NCBI GenBank assembly: GCA_965242865.1
Contig: CBDETK010000013.1
Coordinates: forward strand, 928,001-992,000
Direction of reading: 5' to 3'
Source: Candidatus Latescibacterota bacterium
Lineage (GTDB): Bacteria > Latescibacterota > UBA2968 > UBA8231
DNA: 64,000 bases
Below are positions 8,787 through 18,966 of this stretch, one piece after another (within the stretch, counting starts at the first letter, position 1; the number at the start of each line of letters is the position of its first letter). The translations under genes were made by a program, and so were the position numbers. The notes beneath the pieces are model-generated. The model did not search any database. It was given only the letters and a program-made list of their open reading frames with translations, and was not told the origin of the DNA.

Positions 8787-9677
8787 TTAAGGTTGGCGCA
8801 AAACGCACACCGGCCGCAACGCCCCCTGCTCCCACCGGGCGAGGCCAACCAAGGTTTCCGCCGCGTCAAAAACCGCGCAGACCGCGTGCGGCCCCGCCGG
8901 GTACTCGATTGGCTTGCCATGGGCGAAATCGGCTAGCTTGCCTTCGTTCAGCTCGACGACCGCTAGCCCACTCAGTGCCTGCCGCGGGTGGACCAGGGCC
9001 TCTTCAAGGCGACCCGCTCTACTCAGGCTCGCGACCTGCTCCAACGTCCGCGCTTGGGCCAAGCCGAGGTCACCGGATCGCAGCCGGCGCAATGTTGCCA
9101 AATAGGCACCCGTCCCCAAGACGCGCCCTAGATCCGCGGCCAGCGAGCGAATGTACGTCCCCGCCGAGCAACGGATTTTTACGCTTAGTCTGGGAAAATC
9201 GTACCCGAGCAATTCTAGGGTGTGGATGTGGACGCGGCGAGGTTTGAGGACGACCTGGTCCCCGCGCCGCGCCCGCTTGTACGAGCGCACCCCGGCCACT
9301 TTTACCGCTGAATGCGGCGGCGGCACTTGGTCTAGTGCCCCCGTAAAGGCGCGCAAGGCTCGGGCCACGCTTGGGACGTCGGGCGGCATGCCGTGCGCTT
9401 GGGGGCGAATCGGCCCCTCGGCGTCGCCCGTAGCACTGACCGCCCCCAGACAAATCTCGGCCTCGTATTCCTTGTCCGCGCCACTGAGCCATCGGTTGAG
9501 CCGAGTATAGCGCCCCAGACAGACGACTAAGACGCCGCTGGCCAAAGGGTCGAGCGTACCGCAGTGCCCAATGCGCCGCAACTGCAATAGACGCCGGAGC
9601 GAGGCGATTACGTCGTGGGAAGTGGGGCCTGTGGCTTTGTCGATGACCAACACCCCGGTCAAGGCCGAATCAGTCAT
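8787..9677 (-). CDS. truB: tRNA pseudouridine(55) synthase
   Basis: DK..G.TSHD, GHCGTLDPLASGVL, CSAGTYIRSLA. Confidence 0.95.
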   Translation of the reverse strand: MTDSALTGVLVIDKATGPTSHDVIASLRRLLQLRRIGHCGTLDPLASGVLVVCLGRYTRLNRWLSGADKEYEAEICLGAVSATGDAEGPIRPQAHGMPPDVPSVARALRAFTGALDQVPPPHSAVKVAGVRSYKRARRGDQVVLKPRRVHIHTLELLGYDFPRLSVKIRCSAGTYIRSLAADLGRVLGTGAYLATLRRLRSGDLGLAQARTLEQVASLSRAGRLEEALVHPRQALSGLAVVELNEGKLADFAHGKPIEYPAGPHAVCAVFDAAETLVGLARWEQGALRPVCVLRQP

Positions 9678-10029
9678 GCGGGGCTCCACCGAGACCGAGA
9701 CCATCGATCAGGGCCGTAACGCGCACGGCGCGCTCGGTGGTGTCGTCGTACACCACCCGCAACTGGGGCGCGTAGCGTAAGCGCAGGCGCTGGGCCATTG
9801 CTCGGCGTATAAAACCCAAGCCTCGGTGCATTCCTTGCAGCACCTGCTTTTTGTCGTCGTCGTCGCCGAGGGTGTTGACAAAGATCGTGGCATGGCTCAT
9901 GTCGGAGGAGAGTTCCACATCGGCGATTTGAACGAGCTGTAGCCGCGGATCGTTCATCCGACCTACAATGTCGGTCAACTCGCGCAGCAACTGCTCGCGC
10001 ACTCGGCTAATTCGTTGTGGGGAAGCCAC
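9670..10029 (-). CDS. rbfA: Ribosome-binding factor A
   Basis: DPRL, LRYAPQL..YD; position between infB and truB. Confidence 0.92.
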   Translation of the reverse strand: MASPQRISRVREQLLRELTDIVGRMNDPRLQLVQIADVELSSDMSHATIFVNTLGDDDDKKQVLQGMHRGLGFIRRAMAQRLRLRYAPQLRVVYDDTTERAVRVTALIDGLGLGGAPHD

Positions 10030-10035
10030 CGGCGC

Positions 10036-10317
10036 TCAGTGTATTTCCATTTGGTAGTCGAGGATATGCACTCGGGGATCGCCTTCGACGAAGTTGACGA
10101 TTTTGGTCAACATCTCGTCGCAGTGTTCAACGGCCGAACTCACCACCGCAATCCCCAGCACCGACCGCTGCCACAGCGCGTGGTCATCTACTTCGGCTAC
10201 GGCCGCGTTAAAGCGGTTGCGGATGCGTCTCTTGAGGCTGTTGAGGACCTGCCGCTTGTTTTTGAGCGAATGGCTATCGCCGATGTAGATTTGCACCGCA
10301 CAACTCATGACGATCAA
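10036..10317 (-). CDS. DUF503 (YlxP-like) protein
   Basis: SLKNKR, FNAAVAEV..H..WQR; conserved position after infB. Confidence 0.88.
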   Translation of the reverse strand: MIVMSCAVQIYIGDSHSLKNKRQVLNSLKRRIRNRFNAAVAEVDDHALWQRSVLGIAVVSSAVEHCDEMLTKIVNFVEGDPRVHILDYQMEIH

Positions 10318-10340
10318 AACGGGTCAACAGCCCCCAACCC

Positions 10341-12692
10341 CTAGAGCGTCCGCTCCGTCTCGACCACAACCAGCGACTCGACGATGTCCCCTTCTGCGAT
10401 GTCGTCGAAGGCTGCAAACCCCATGCCGCACTCGAATCCCTCGGCGACCTCGCGCACATCGTCCTTGAACCGCCGCAACGAGGTAAGCTCCCCGGTAAAG
10501 ACGACTTGACCGTCGCGCAAAATCCGCACCTGATTGCTGCGGGTGATGGTGCCGTCTTGCACCAAACAACCCCCGATCGTCCCCATGCGGGACGAGGTAA
10601 AGATCTGGCGGATTTCGGCCCGGCCCACCACCTGCTCTTCGGTCGTCGGGGCCAAAAGGCCGGCCAAGGCCGCGCGCACATCCTCAATGACTTCGTAGAT
10701 GATGCGGTAGTTGCGAATTTCCACGCCTTCTTGGACCGCGAGGTCGCGCGCAGAAGGTTGGGTGGTTACGTGGAAACCGAGCAAAATGGCGTTGGAGGCC
10801 GCGGCCAACAGCACGTCCGATTCCGAGATGGCCCCCACCGCGCTGTGAATGACGTTGACCCGCACTTCTTCGTGCGCGATGCGGCCCAACTCTTCGGCGA
10901 TGGCCTCGACCGATCCATCGACATCGCCTTTGACCACCACCCGCAGCTCTTGGATGTGGCCCTGCTGGATTTGATCGTGTAAATCGCTGAGTGTGACCGT
11001 GCGCAGCTTGCGGTGATCTTGCTCGCGCTTGATGAGCTGCCGCCGCTGGCTCAGGTCCTTGGCCTCGCGCTCGGAGTTGGCAACGGCAAACACATCCCCC
11101 GCTTGCGGGACCCCGGGCAATCCAAGCACTTGGACGGGCACGGAGGGCTTTGCTTGGGAGACGCGCTGGCCGTGTTCGTCGAGCAGGGCGCGCACCCGGC
11201 CGCTGTGGACGCCGGTAATAAAAGGCTCGCCAATGCGCAACGTCCCCTCTTGCACCAAGACCGTAGCCACAGGCCCCCGTCCCTTGTCGAGGTGGGCTTC
11301 GACGATCGTCCCGCGGGCTTTTTTGTAGGGGTTGGCCTGCAACTCGAGCAACTCGGCCACGATGAGGAGCACTTCGAGCAAGTGGTCTAGGCCCTGCCCG
11401 GTCTTGGCCGAGATTTCGGCGCAAGGAATCTGCCCGCCCCACTCTTCGACTAAGACCCCCTTTTCTGCTAATTCCCGCTTGATCTTGTCTGGGTCGGCCG
11501 TAGGGAGGTCGATTTTGTTGATCGCCACGACTAAGGGGACCTGCGCGGCCTTGGCGTGGTCGATCGCTTCGATGGTTTGGGGCATGACGCTGTCGTCGGC
11601 CGCCACGACTAGGATCACGATGTCGGTGACCCGCGAACCGCGCGCCCGCATCGCCGTAAACGCCGCATGCCCTGGGGTATCGAGAAACGTCACGCCGCGC
11701 CCGTCTTCGACGCTGATCACGTACGCCCCGATGTGCTGGGTAATGCCTCCGGACTCGCCTTCGACCACCTTGCTTTCGCGCAAGTGGTCGAGCAACGAGG
11801 TTTTGCCGTGGTCGACATGGCCCATCACGGTGATGACCGGAGGCCGCGGCTCGGGCTCGCCGACTTCTTCCTCCTCGACGATGTCGTCCAACTCGGCTTC
11901 TTCGGCCTCCAGCGGCACCACTTCAAAGCCCAATTCGTCGGCCAGCGTCTGCATGGTGTCCATATCGAGGCGCTGATTGATGGTCGCCATGGTGCCCATC
12001 TGCAGACACAGGGCGATTACTTCGCTGGCCTTGACCCCGAGTTGTTCGGCAAATTCGCCGAGCGTGATAAACTCGCTAACCTTGATCTGGGGGGTCGGAC
12101 CATCTTCGCCGGCCCCGTCTTCGTGCGGGCCGCGATCGTAGCGGCGGCGCACCCGGCCTTCGTTGAGCTGACTCAAGGTCCGCCGGACGCTTTCTTGCAC
12201 CGCCTTGGCATCGGGCACCCCTTTGCGCCGCCGCCCCCGCCGGCGCTTGGGCGGCGCCCCCGGCAAATTGGCCTGGGCCGTTACCTCCCGCTTCTCGCCC
12301 AATTCGCGGATGCTTTCTAGGCCGTTTTGGCCCTTGCCGCGGCGGCGCCGACGGCGGCCTCCTTCGGGCTTGTCCGGCAGCGGCGCGGTGCGCTCGGTGG
12401 CTGGCCCCGCCGTGCCCGGCTTGCGAGTTGCCGAGCCCTTGTCGCGGCGGCGCTCGGACCGCGAGCGACCGGCCTGTTTGCGACTGTCCTCTTTGGCCTT
12501 CTGCCGCTTTACTTCCTCTATCGAGCTCTTCTTCTCTTCATCTAGTTTGCGGTTGATGGCCTCCAGCATTTCGGGCGTAACTACGCTCATGTGGCTTCTT
12601 ACTTCCATATCCATGCCCTTCAGCATGGATATGAGCGCATCGCTGGACAACTTCTGTTCCTTGGCTACTTGATAAACCCGGCGCTTTTCCAA
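10341..12692 (-). CDS. infB: Translation initiation factor IF-2
   Basis: GHVDHGKTSLLD, DTPGHAAF, NKID, SAKTGQG. Confidence 0.98.
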   Translation of the reverse strand: MEKRRVYQVAKEQKLSSDALISMLKGMDMEVRSHMSVVTPEMLEAINRKLDEEKKSSIEEVKRQKAKEDSRKQAGRSRSERRRDKGSATRKPGTAGPATERTAPLPDKPEGGRRRRRRGKGQNGLESIRELGEKREVTAQANLPGAPPKRRRGRRRKGVPDAKAVQESVRRTLSQLNEGRVRRRYDRGPHEDGAGEDGPTPQIKVSEFITLGEFAEQLGVKASEVIALCLQMGTMATINQRLDMDTMQTLADELGFEVVPLEAEEAELDDIVEEEEVGEPEPRPPVITVMGHVDHGKTSLLDHLRESKVVEGESGGITQHIGAYVISVEDGRGVTFLDTPGHAAFTAMRARGSRVTDIVILVVAADDSVMPQTIEAIDHAKAAQVPLVVAINKIDLPTADPDKIKRELAEKGVLVEEWGGQIPCAEISAKTGQGLDHLLEVLLIVAELLELQANPYKKARGTIVEAHLDKGRGPVATVLVQEGTLRIGEPFITGVHSGRVRALLDEHGQRVSQAKPSVPVQVLGLPGVPQAGDVFAVANSEREAKDLSQRRQLIKREQDHRKLRTVTLSDLHDQIQQGHIQELRVVVKGDVDGSVEAIAEELGRIAHEEVRVNVIHSAVGAISESDVLLAAASNAILLGFHVTTQPSARDLAVQEGVEIRNYRIIYEVIEDVRAALAGLLAPTTEEQVVGRAEIRQIFTSSRMGTIGGCLVQDGTITRSNQVRILRDGQVVFTGELTSLRRFKDDVREVAEGFECGMGFAAFDDIAEGDIVESLVVVETERTL

Positions 12693-12706
12693 AACGACTC
12701 CCTCAG

Positions 12707-14059
12707 CTACTCAACCCTTGGGTCTGCCTCATCGCCCGCAGCAGGCGCGGCGAGCGCCTCTTCCCCCTCAGCCTCAGCAGCGGTCAATGACTCGATATCG
12801 ACCTCGCCGTGCTCGGCAAGGTACGCGGCGGCGGCCGCCTTTACTCCGTGGGCGGCTTCGGCTGGCTCTAGGCCTGGCACGGTCTGCAATAGCTCCAACT
12901 CGGCCTCGGCAACCGAGGTAATGGAGTCGAAACCGGACGTGGTCAAACTCAGGGCAATCAGTTCGCTAATGCCATCTATCTGGCGGAATACTTGCTGGTA
13001 CTGCTCCTGTTTGGCTCGGCGCTCTTGGTATTGCTCATCGGTGATAATATCGAGGCCCCAACCTGTGAGTTGGCTCGCGAGTTTGGTGTTTTGCCCCCCC
13101 TTGCCAATGGCCAGCGACAGCTGCTCCTCTTCGACGAGCACGACGGCGTGCCGACGGCGCGAATCCGTGATGCAGCGCATTACATTGGCGGGGCTTAGGG
13201 CCCGACTTATGAATATATCCGGCTCGTCGATCCAAGGAACGATGTCTATGCGCTCGCCGCTCAATTCTCGGACGACGGCTTGGACCCGCGACCCTTTCAC
13301 GCCGACACAGGCTCCCACGGGGTCCACGCGCTCGTCGCTGCTGCTGACCGCGATTTTTGCCCGCTCGCCCGGGTCGCGGGCTACGCCGTGAATTTCGACG
13401 GTGCCCTCGGCTATCTCGGGCACTTCCGTAGCAAAGAGCTTTCTGAGGAATTCGGGCCGCGTGCGGGAGAGCAAAACCTGAGGCCCCCGGCTCGACTTGA
13501 GCACCTCGTATATATAGCCTCGCACTGCATCGCCTTGGCGATAGCGCTCGCGGCGGATTTGCTCTTTGTATGGAACGGCCGCTTCGGCCCGGCCGAGGTT
13601 GAGGATGATGTCGCCGTGGCTGATCTGCTGCACAGAACCGGACTCGACGAGGCCGACCCGGCCGATAAATTCGTCGTATATTCGCTCGCGCTCGGCTTCG
13701 CGGACCCGCTGAATGAGAATTTGCTTTGCGGTTTGGATGGCATTGCGGCCAAAGTCGGCAAAATTGAGCTGTTGCACCAGCACGGAACCCAACTGGACAT
13801 GCGGGTCTAGGTCCTGCGCGTCGGCGAGGAGGATTTCCATGGACGGCTCGACCACTTCTTCGACGACGGTCTTGCGGGCGTACACGGCCATTTTGCCTTG
13901 GGCCGCGTCGATGTCAACTTCGTAGTTTTCAGTATTGCCGTAGTGCCTTTTGGCGGCTGAAATCAGGGCGTCGGCCAAGGTCTGCACCACCAATTCCCGG
14001 TCGACGTTTTTTTCGCGGGCAATCTGTCCCAAAGCTTCAACAATATTGGCGTTGTTCAT
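12707..14059 (-). CDS. nusA: Transcription termination/antitermination factor NusA
   Basis: FGRNAIQTAKQ, ARDPGERAKIAV, AIGKGGQN; C-terminal HhH repeat. Confidence 0.96.
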   Translation of the reverse strand: MNNANIVEALGQIAREKNVDRELVVQTLADALISAAKRHYGNTENYEVDIDAAQGKMAVYARKTVVEEVVEPSMEILLADAQDLDPHVQLGSVLVQQLNFADFGRNAIQTAKQILIQRVREAERERIYDEFIGRVGLVESGSVQQISHGDIILNLGRAEAAVPYKEQIRRERYRQGDAVRGYIYEVLKSSRGPQVLLSRTRPEFLRKLFATEVPEIAEGTVEIHGVARDPGERAKIAVSSSDERVDPVGACVGVKGSRVQAVVRELSGERIDIVPWIDEPDIFISRALSPANVMRCITDSRRRHAVVLVEEEQLSLAIGKGGQNTKLASQLTGWGLDIITDEQYQERRAKQEQYQQVFRQIDGISELIALSLTTSGFDSITSVAEAELELLQTVPGLEPAEAAHGVKAAAAAYLAEHGEVDIESLTAAEAEGEEALAAPAAGDEADPRVE

Positions 14060-14082
14060 GTTTTTTGCTCGACCTTTGACGC

Positions 14083-14535
14083 TTACAATTCTGGTTCGAT
14101 GTTGGCTCTAGCAATGTCGGCCCGCGCTACGAACCCCGCGGGGCTATCGAGTTGAATTCGGTCGGCTTCCCAAGCGACCAACCGGCCTTTAACTACTTGG
14201 CCGGACGCGAGAACGACTTTTAGCAACCGGCCCCGGGCGCGGCTGAAATCCCCTTCGGTCTCTAGGGGTCGGTCCAATCCTGGGGAGGTAACTTCGAGCC
14301 GATACCGTCCGGCAATCGGGTCTTCTATGTCGAAAAGATCGGCCACTTCGCGGCTGATTGACTCGCAGGTGGCCAAGGTTACGCCGCACTTTTTGTGAAC
14401 CAATAATCGAACTAGCGGATTGCCGTGGCCGCCGCTGAGTTCAATATCGACCAGTTCGGCCTCGTGCTCGCGGATAATGGGTTCGGCCAGAGCGACTAAA
14501 TGGGCCTTTAGTGCGAATGTATCGACAGCGGAAAT
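14083..14535 (-). CDS. rimP: Ribosome maturation factor RimP (start uncertain; ATT at 14535 proposed)
   Basis: C..ISRE, YRLEVTSPGLDRPL; homology (AEPII...ELVDIE) continues upstream of the TTG at 14403. Confidence 0.88.
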   Translation of the reverse strand: MSAVDTFALKAHLVALAEPIIREHEAELVDIELSGGHGNPLVRLLVHKKCGVTLATCESISREVADLFDIEDPIAGRYRLEVTSPGLDRPLETEGDFSRARGRLLKVVLASGQVVKGRLVAWEADRIQLDSPAGFVARADIARANIEPEL

Positions 14536-14564
14536 ACGCGCTTTTCCCCATTTTCCCCAGTAAG

Positions 14565-14590
14565 AAAAAAGTGGGCTATGATGCCCACTT
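14565..14590 (-). promoter_or_regulatory. rimP leader hairpin/attenuator
   Basis: AAGTGGGC-ATCATA-GCCCACTT plus T-tract upstream of rimP, matching the known GGGC/GCCC rimP leader. Confidence 0.75.
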
Positions 14591-14658
14591 GGGATTATAA
14601 AATATGGGATTGTATTGATTTAGGCAAGACGACTTAACAGCCCTCGCCAAATGCCCAG

Positions 14659-15054
14659 TCAGAGGAGGCGCAAAATCTCGCGCAGCTCCTTTTGGGCCTC
14701 TTTGAGCATTCTGAATGCGGCCTCTCGCTCTGGTGCGGGATCCGGCGGCCGCCGCTCCCCAACCGAAACGAGCGGGACTTGCTCGCCAGCTTGGCGCAGG
14801 AGCTCGGGCTCGTCTTTGAGCTTCTTCTTTACGCCCTGCGTCGTATAACGCTCCTCGTAGAGGAGGCGTTTGAGCAACAAGATGATCCCTATGTCGCGCT
14901 CCCGATAGGCCCTGTTTTTACCACCGCGTGCGCGCCGCGGCCGCAAACAGGCAAACTCCTTCTCCCACGCCCTGAGCGTATAGGGTTGCAGTTGAGTAAG
15001 TTCGGCAACCTCGCTGATGCTGTAATACAGCTTGTTTTGCAATGGGTTTTTCAC
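14659..15054 (-). CDS. MerR-family HTH regulator
   Basis: KLYYSISEVAE...LRAWEKEF..L.P...R.Y...DI. Confidence 0.88.
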   Translation of the reverse strand: MKNPLQNKLYYSISEVAELTQLQPYTLRAWEKEFACLRPRRARGGKNRAYRERDIGIILLLKRLLYEERYTTQGVKKKLKDEPELLRQAGEQVPLVSVGERRPPDPAPEREAAFRMLKEAQKELREILRLL

Positions 15055-16406
15055 GATCGCCCTTCCCTCGAACTCTTGCGCCGACGCCAGACGATGCGCA
15101 GGGGCGTTCCCTCGAAATCAAACTCCGACCGCAGCCGATTTTCAATGTGGCGTCGATAATTTTCTGGCACGGAGCGGGACCGATTCGTAAAGATCGTAAA
15201 CGCCGGCGGGTTGATCGCGTGTTGGGTGGCGTAGAGCAGGCGGATGTCTCGGCCTGCTTGGGCCGCCAAGTACTCGCCGGAGAGTTGCTGAATGATCTTG
15301 TTCAAGCGCGGGGTGGGAATCCGCGTCCGGCGCTTGTTGCCCACAGCGGCCACCACTTCGAGACACTTATGGACCCGCCGCCCGGTCAAGCCCGACAGGC
15401 ACAGCACCGGATAGTCGCGCAAAAAGGGATAGCGGTCGCGCAACGCCCGGCGGTACTCGGCCGCGGTGCCCTCGGCGACTAAATCCCATTTGTTGATCGC
15501 CACCACCAAGCCGCCGCCAGATTTTATCACTTGCTCCATGATGCGGACATCTTGCATAACCCACCCCTCGGCGCCGTCTAGCAGCACGACCGCCACATCG
15601 GCTTGGGCAATGCTGTTGGCCGCCCGGCGCGTACTGTAGAATTCCACCGGATCATCCACCTTAGACCGCCGCCGCAACCCGGCCGTATCCACGAACAGTA
15701 AGCGGCTATCTTGCCAAGTCAAGCGCAGTTGCGTTGGGTCCCGGGTGGTCCCGGGCTGAGGGTGGACGATGGAAACCTGATGGCCGGCGAGGCGGTTGAT
15801 CAGCGTGGACTTGCCCACGTTGGGCCGCCCGACTAAAGCGACCCGGATCGCCTCGTCATCCCATTCCGGCCCATGCCCCCCAGCCTCGTCAAAGAGCGCG
15901 ATCAGCGCGTCGAGCACCGCGCCGGAACGCCGCCCGGTAACGGCCGAGAGCGGCAGGGGGTCTCCCAAGCCGAGCCGGTAAAATTCGTCGAGCGCAGCGA
16001 CCGGCCCCACCTCGTCGATCTTGTTGACGGCCAGCAAGCACTTCCCGCCCCGGCTGCGCAGCATGGCCCCCAATTCTTGGTCGAGATCGGTCAAACCCGT
16101 GGTCCCGTCGCAGAGAAAAATCGCGATATCCGCCTCGGCCAGTGCCCGGGCCGCTTGCGCGCGCACGGCCGCCGCGAGCGCGTCTTGGGCACCGGGCATA
16201 TAGCCTCCGGTATCGACCAGCGTGAAAGACCGGCCTCCCCACTCGGCCGCGGCAAAAATCGGATCGCGCGTGACCCCGGGCTGGCCGTCGGTTATGGCCC
16301 ACCGGGTGCCCAAGATGCGGTTGAAAAGCGTGGACTTGCCCACGTTGGGCCGCCCGACAATCGCCACGATGGGCCGGCGTTGATTCTCGATGGTTTGGGT
16401 GCTCAC
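15051..16406 (-). CDS. der: Ribosome biogenesis GTPase Der
   Basis: Two GRPNVGKSTL G-domains; F.FEGTP C-terminus; GTG start overlapping the upstream stop. Confidence 0.96.
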   Translation of the reverse strand: MSTQTIENQRRPIVAIVGRPNVGKSTLFNRILGTRWAITDGQPGVTRDPIFAAAEWGGRSFTLVDTGGYMPGAQDALAAAVRAQAARALAEADIAIFLCDGTTGLTDLDQELGAMLRSRGGKCLLAVNKIDEVGPVAALDEFYRLGLGDPLPLSAVTGRRSGAVLDALIALFDEAGGHGPEWDDEAIRVALVGRPNVGKSTLINRLAGHQVSIVHPQPGTTRDPTQLRLTWQDSRLLFVDTAGLRRRSKVDDPVEFYSTRRAANSIAQADVAVVLLDGAEGWVMQDVRIMEQVIKSGGGLVVAINKWDLVAEGTAAEYRRALRDRYPFLRDYPVLCLSGLTGRRVHKCLEVVAAVGNKRRTRIPTPRLNKIIQQLSGEYLAAQAGRDIRLLYATQHAINPPAFTIFTNRSRSVPENYRRHIENRLRSEFDFEGTPLRIVWRRRKSSREGRS

Positions 16407-17761
16407 TTTGCGCGCCCTATGTAATAGCCCAGCTCGGTTAGCTGCCGCCCTTCCCCTTGGACCTTCACCCGCTGATCGGCCCAAAGGCCCTCGAGCGATT
16501 CGACCAAGTCGTACCCCCCTACCGCGAGGGGGACGCCGACCTCGTCCGCAAGCTGCGGCACGGTCCGGTCGTCCAGCGTCAGGCCCTCGCCATTGATGCA
16601 GTTGGGCGGCAACAAGACCCAATCCCGCTGAACTCCGTCGCACGCCCTCGCGGCCATGTCGCGGCCGGTCAGCAGGCCCGATACCGTGATGCCGTGGCCG
16701 AAAAAGTCGTTGTCTATCGGCAGGAGATCAATCTGCACGTTTTCAATGGCGTTCAGCCTCGCCATTAGGGGCGCGAGGATGGGCTCGGCCAAGCGGCCGG
16801 TCAGCAGGCCGATTCGGACGGCCTGGGCCACGCGCCCGGGCAGCCGCTGGCTCGCCGCGTCCCAAGTGTCGAGGAAGGAGCGGGACATGCCGATGCCGTT
16901 TTCTAGCTGGGGAAACGCATCGTAATAGGATGCCTCGGGCAGGGGCCGCCCCATCAGCAGAAAGATCTCGTCCGCCGCATAGACAAACCGCTCGCCAAAG
17001 CGCGCCTTGAATTGCAAGCCCCACGCTTCGGCCGCGGCCGCGTACTCAGCGGCCTTGGCCGGAGTCACCGGCTCGAGCGCGACGAGCTGGTGCCGATGAT
17101 CGGTCAGCCCCACGGGCACCAGGGCCACCGAGCGCACCGCGGGATAGTACGCCGCCAGGTCGGCCACTGTGCGCGCTAGGTGCGGCCCGTCGTTCCAGCC
17201 CGGGCAGAGCACGACTTGGGTGTGCATCTCAATGCCGTTGGCCGCTAGTTTGCGCAAGCGCTCGGTGATATCGACCGTCGCTTTGGTGCGCCCGAGCATG
17301 ACTTGCCGCAACTCGGGGTCGGTGGCATGGACCGAGATGTATTGCGGCGTCAGCCCTTGTTCAATGATGCGGTCAATATCGCTTTCGCGGACGTTGGTCA
17401 AGGTCACGTACGAGCCGTGGAGAAAGGAGAGCCGAAAATCGTCGTCCTCAAAATACAGGCTGCGCCGCATGCCCTTGGGCATTTGGTGGATGAAGCAGAA
17501 GACGCATTGGTTGTTGCAGCTCCGCAAGCGCATGTCTTCAAAGACGAGCCCCAAGGGCTCGCCGCTTTGGCGCTCGATTTCGGCCTCGTACCGGTCTGGG
17601 CCGCGCTCAATTTCTACGCAGATCACGTCCTCGGCGCTGTTGACCTGAACATCGATCAAATCGCGCACTTCTTCGCCATTGATGCGCAAAATGCGATCGC
17701 CAATGCAAAATCCCGCCCGCGCCCCGAGGCTGTTGGGTTCGATGTTTTTTACGACGACCAT
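16403..17761 (-). CDS. PDZ + DUF512 Fe-S oxidoreductase (radical SAM-like)
   Basis: N-terminal PDZ, CNNQCVFCFIHQMP, DDDFRLSFL.G, QLENGIG. Confidence 0.88.
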   Translation of the reverse strand: MVVVKNIEPNSLGARAGFCIGDRILRINGEEVRDLIDVQVNSAEDVICVEIERGPDRYEAEIERQSGEPLGLVFEDMRLRSCNNQCVFCFIHQMPKGMRRSLYFEDDDFRLSFLHGSYVTLTNVRESDIDRIIEQGLTPQYISVHATDPELRQVMLGRTKATVDITERLRKLAANGIEMHTQVVLCPGWNDGPHLARTVADLAAYYPAVRSVALVPVGLTDHRHQLVALEPVTPAKAAEYAAAAEAWGLQFKARFGERFVYAADEIFLLMGRPLPEASYYDAFPQLENGIGMSRSFLDTWDAASQRLPGRVAQAVRIGLLTGRLAEPILAPLMARLNAIENVQIDLLPIDNDFFGHGITVSGLLTGRDMAARACDGVQRDWVLLPPNCINGEGLTLDDRTVPQLADEVGVPLAVGGYDLVESLEGLWADQRVKVQGEGRQLTELGYYIGRAK

Positions 17762-17870
17762 CGTGAATTAAGCAATTAATCTACGCTAGGTATCATGCTG
17801 TGGGGCAAGATGTTCTATAAAATATAAGGTATGTGGATAGTACGCTGGCGGCAATACCTGCGAAAAGAAT

Positions 17871-17907
17871 AAAAAATCCGCCCGACCAAGGTGTTGGCCG
17901 GGCGGAT
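17871..17907 (-). terminator. Terminator after tRNA-Gly
   Basis: ATCCGCCCG/CGGGCGGAT stem plus T-tract. Confidence 0.8.
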
Positions 17908-17909
17908 GC

Positions 17910-17984
17910 TGGAGCGGGAGACGGGAATCGAACCCGCGACATCAAGCTTGGGAAGCTTGCGCTCTACCCCTGAGCTACTCCCGC
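17910..17984 (-). tRNA. tRNA-Gly(CCC)
   Basis: GCGGGAGTAGCTCAG...CTTCCCAAG...GGTTCGATTCC...CCCGCTCCA cloverleaf with encoded CCA. Confidence 0.97.
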
Positions 17985-18021
17985 TGATTTTTCTTTAAGG
18001 TAGAAGAGGCCCCAACCCCTG

Positions 18022-18966
18022 TCAACCCATCCCCCAGCGATACTCCCACTCGCCGACGATGCGCTCAACGACGCCGGTCTTTCCCCATACATCGAGATCG
18101 AGTACGCGCAAGCGGCGGTCGCGGCGGCACCACGTGGTTTGTCGTTTGGCCAAGTGCCGGGTGCGCTGTTTGGTCTGCTCAATGGCTTCGCGCCAAGGGC
18201 AATGCCCGGCCAGCGCGCGGCACAATTCAAAATAGCCCAAAGTCCCCAAGGCGCTGTCGCCGCGCTCGTATCCCAAGGCGCGCAAGGCGCGCACTTCTTC
18301 GATCCATCCTCGTTCCACCATTTGCTCGACCCGCTCGTCAATCCGCTCGTAGAGCCGGCCGCGGGCCATGGTCAGGCAGATCATCTGCGGCTGCTGCACG
18401 AGCGGCTGCCCGGTGCGCTCCCGACACAGGGTGCTGAGCGTACTCTTTCCGGCCAGCGCGACCTCCAACGCCCGCAAAATCCGCTGCCCGTCGCCCGGGT
18501 GCAACCGCGCTTGCGCGACCGGATCCCGATGGCCCAACTCCTCGTATAAGGAGGCAATTCCCTCGCCGTGCAGGCGATTGCACAATTCAGCGCGGATCGG
18601 CGCGTATTCGGTGTCGTCCGCAAAGCAGCCATCCAACGCGCTCTGCCAGTACAGGCCCGTCCCGCCGACCATCACGGGCAGGCCCCCTCGGTTCCAGACC
18701 TGCCCAATGACGCGCCGCGCCGCACGAGCGTACGCGCCCGCGCTGTAGTTTTTCTCCGGCGGGAGCACATCGAGCAGGTGATGGGGGCATTGGTTTTGCT
18801 GTTCAGGGGTTGGCTTGGCCGTGCCAATATCCAGGTAGCGATAGATTTGCCGCGAGTCGGCTGAGATGATTTCCACGTTGGGCAAGCGCTGGGCTACTTC
18901 GAGGGCTATTTCCGTTTTGCCGGTGGCGGTGGGGCCGGTGATTAGGATGAGTGGTTTGCTTGACAT
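18022..18966 (-). CDS. miaA: tRNA dimethylallyltransferase
   Basis: GPTATGKT, DSRQIY..LDIGTAKP, VGGTGLY, AKRQ.TW. Confidence 0.96.
   Translation of the reverse strand: MSSKPLILITGPTATGKTEIALEVAQRLPNVEIISADSRQIYRYLDIGTAKPTPEQQNQCPHHLLDVLPPEKNYSAGAYARAARRVIGQVWNRGGLPVMVGGTGLYWQSALDGCFADDTEYAPIRAELCNRLHGEGIASLYEELGHRDPVAQARLHPGDGQRILRALEVALAGKSTLSTLCRERTGQPLVQQPQMICLTMARGRLYERIDERVEQMVERGWIEEVRALRALGYERGDSALGTLGYFELCRALAGHCPWREAIEQTKQRTRHLAKRQTTWCRRDRRLRVLDLDVWGKTGVVERIVGEWEYRWGMG

Noticed and set aside
17810-17837. ATGTTCTATAA-AATATA matching 15/17 of dif site 1
   Set aside because: Right arm (AGGTATGTGGA) does not fit, and the stretch is explained by the minus-strand promoter -10 region
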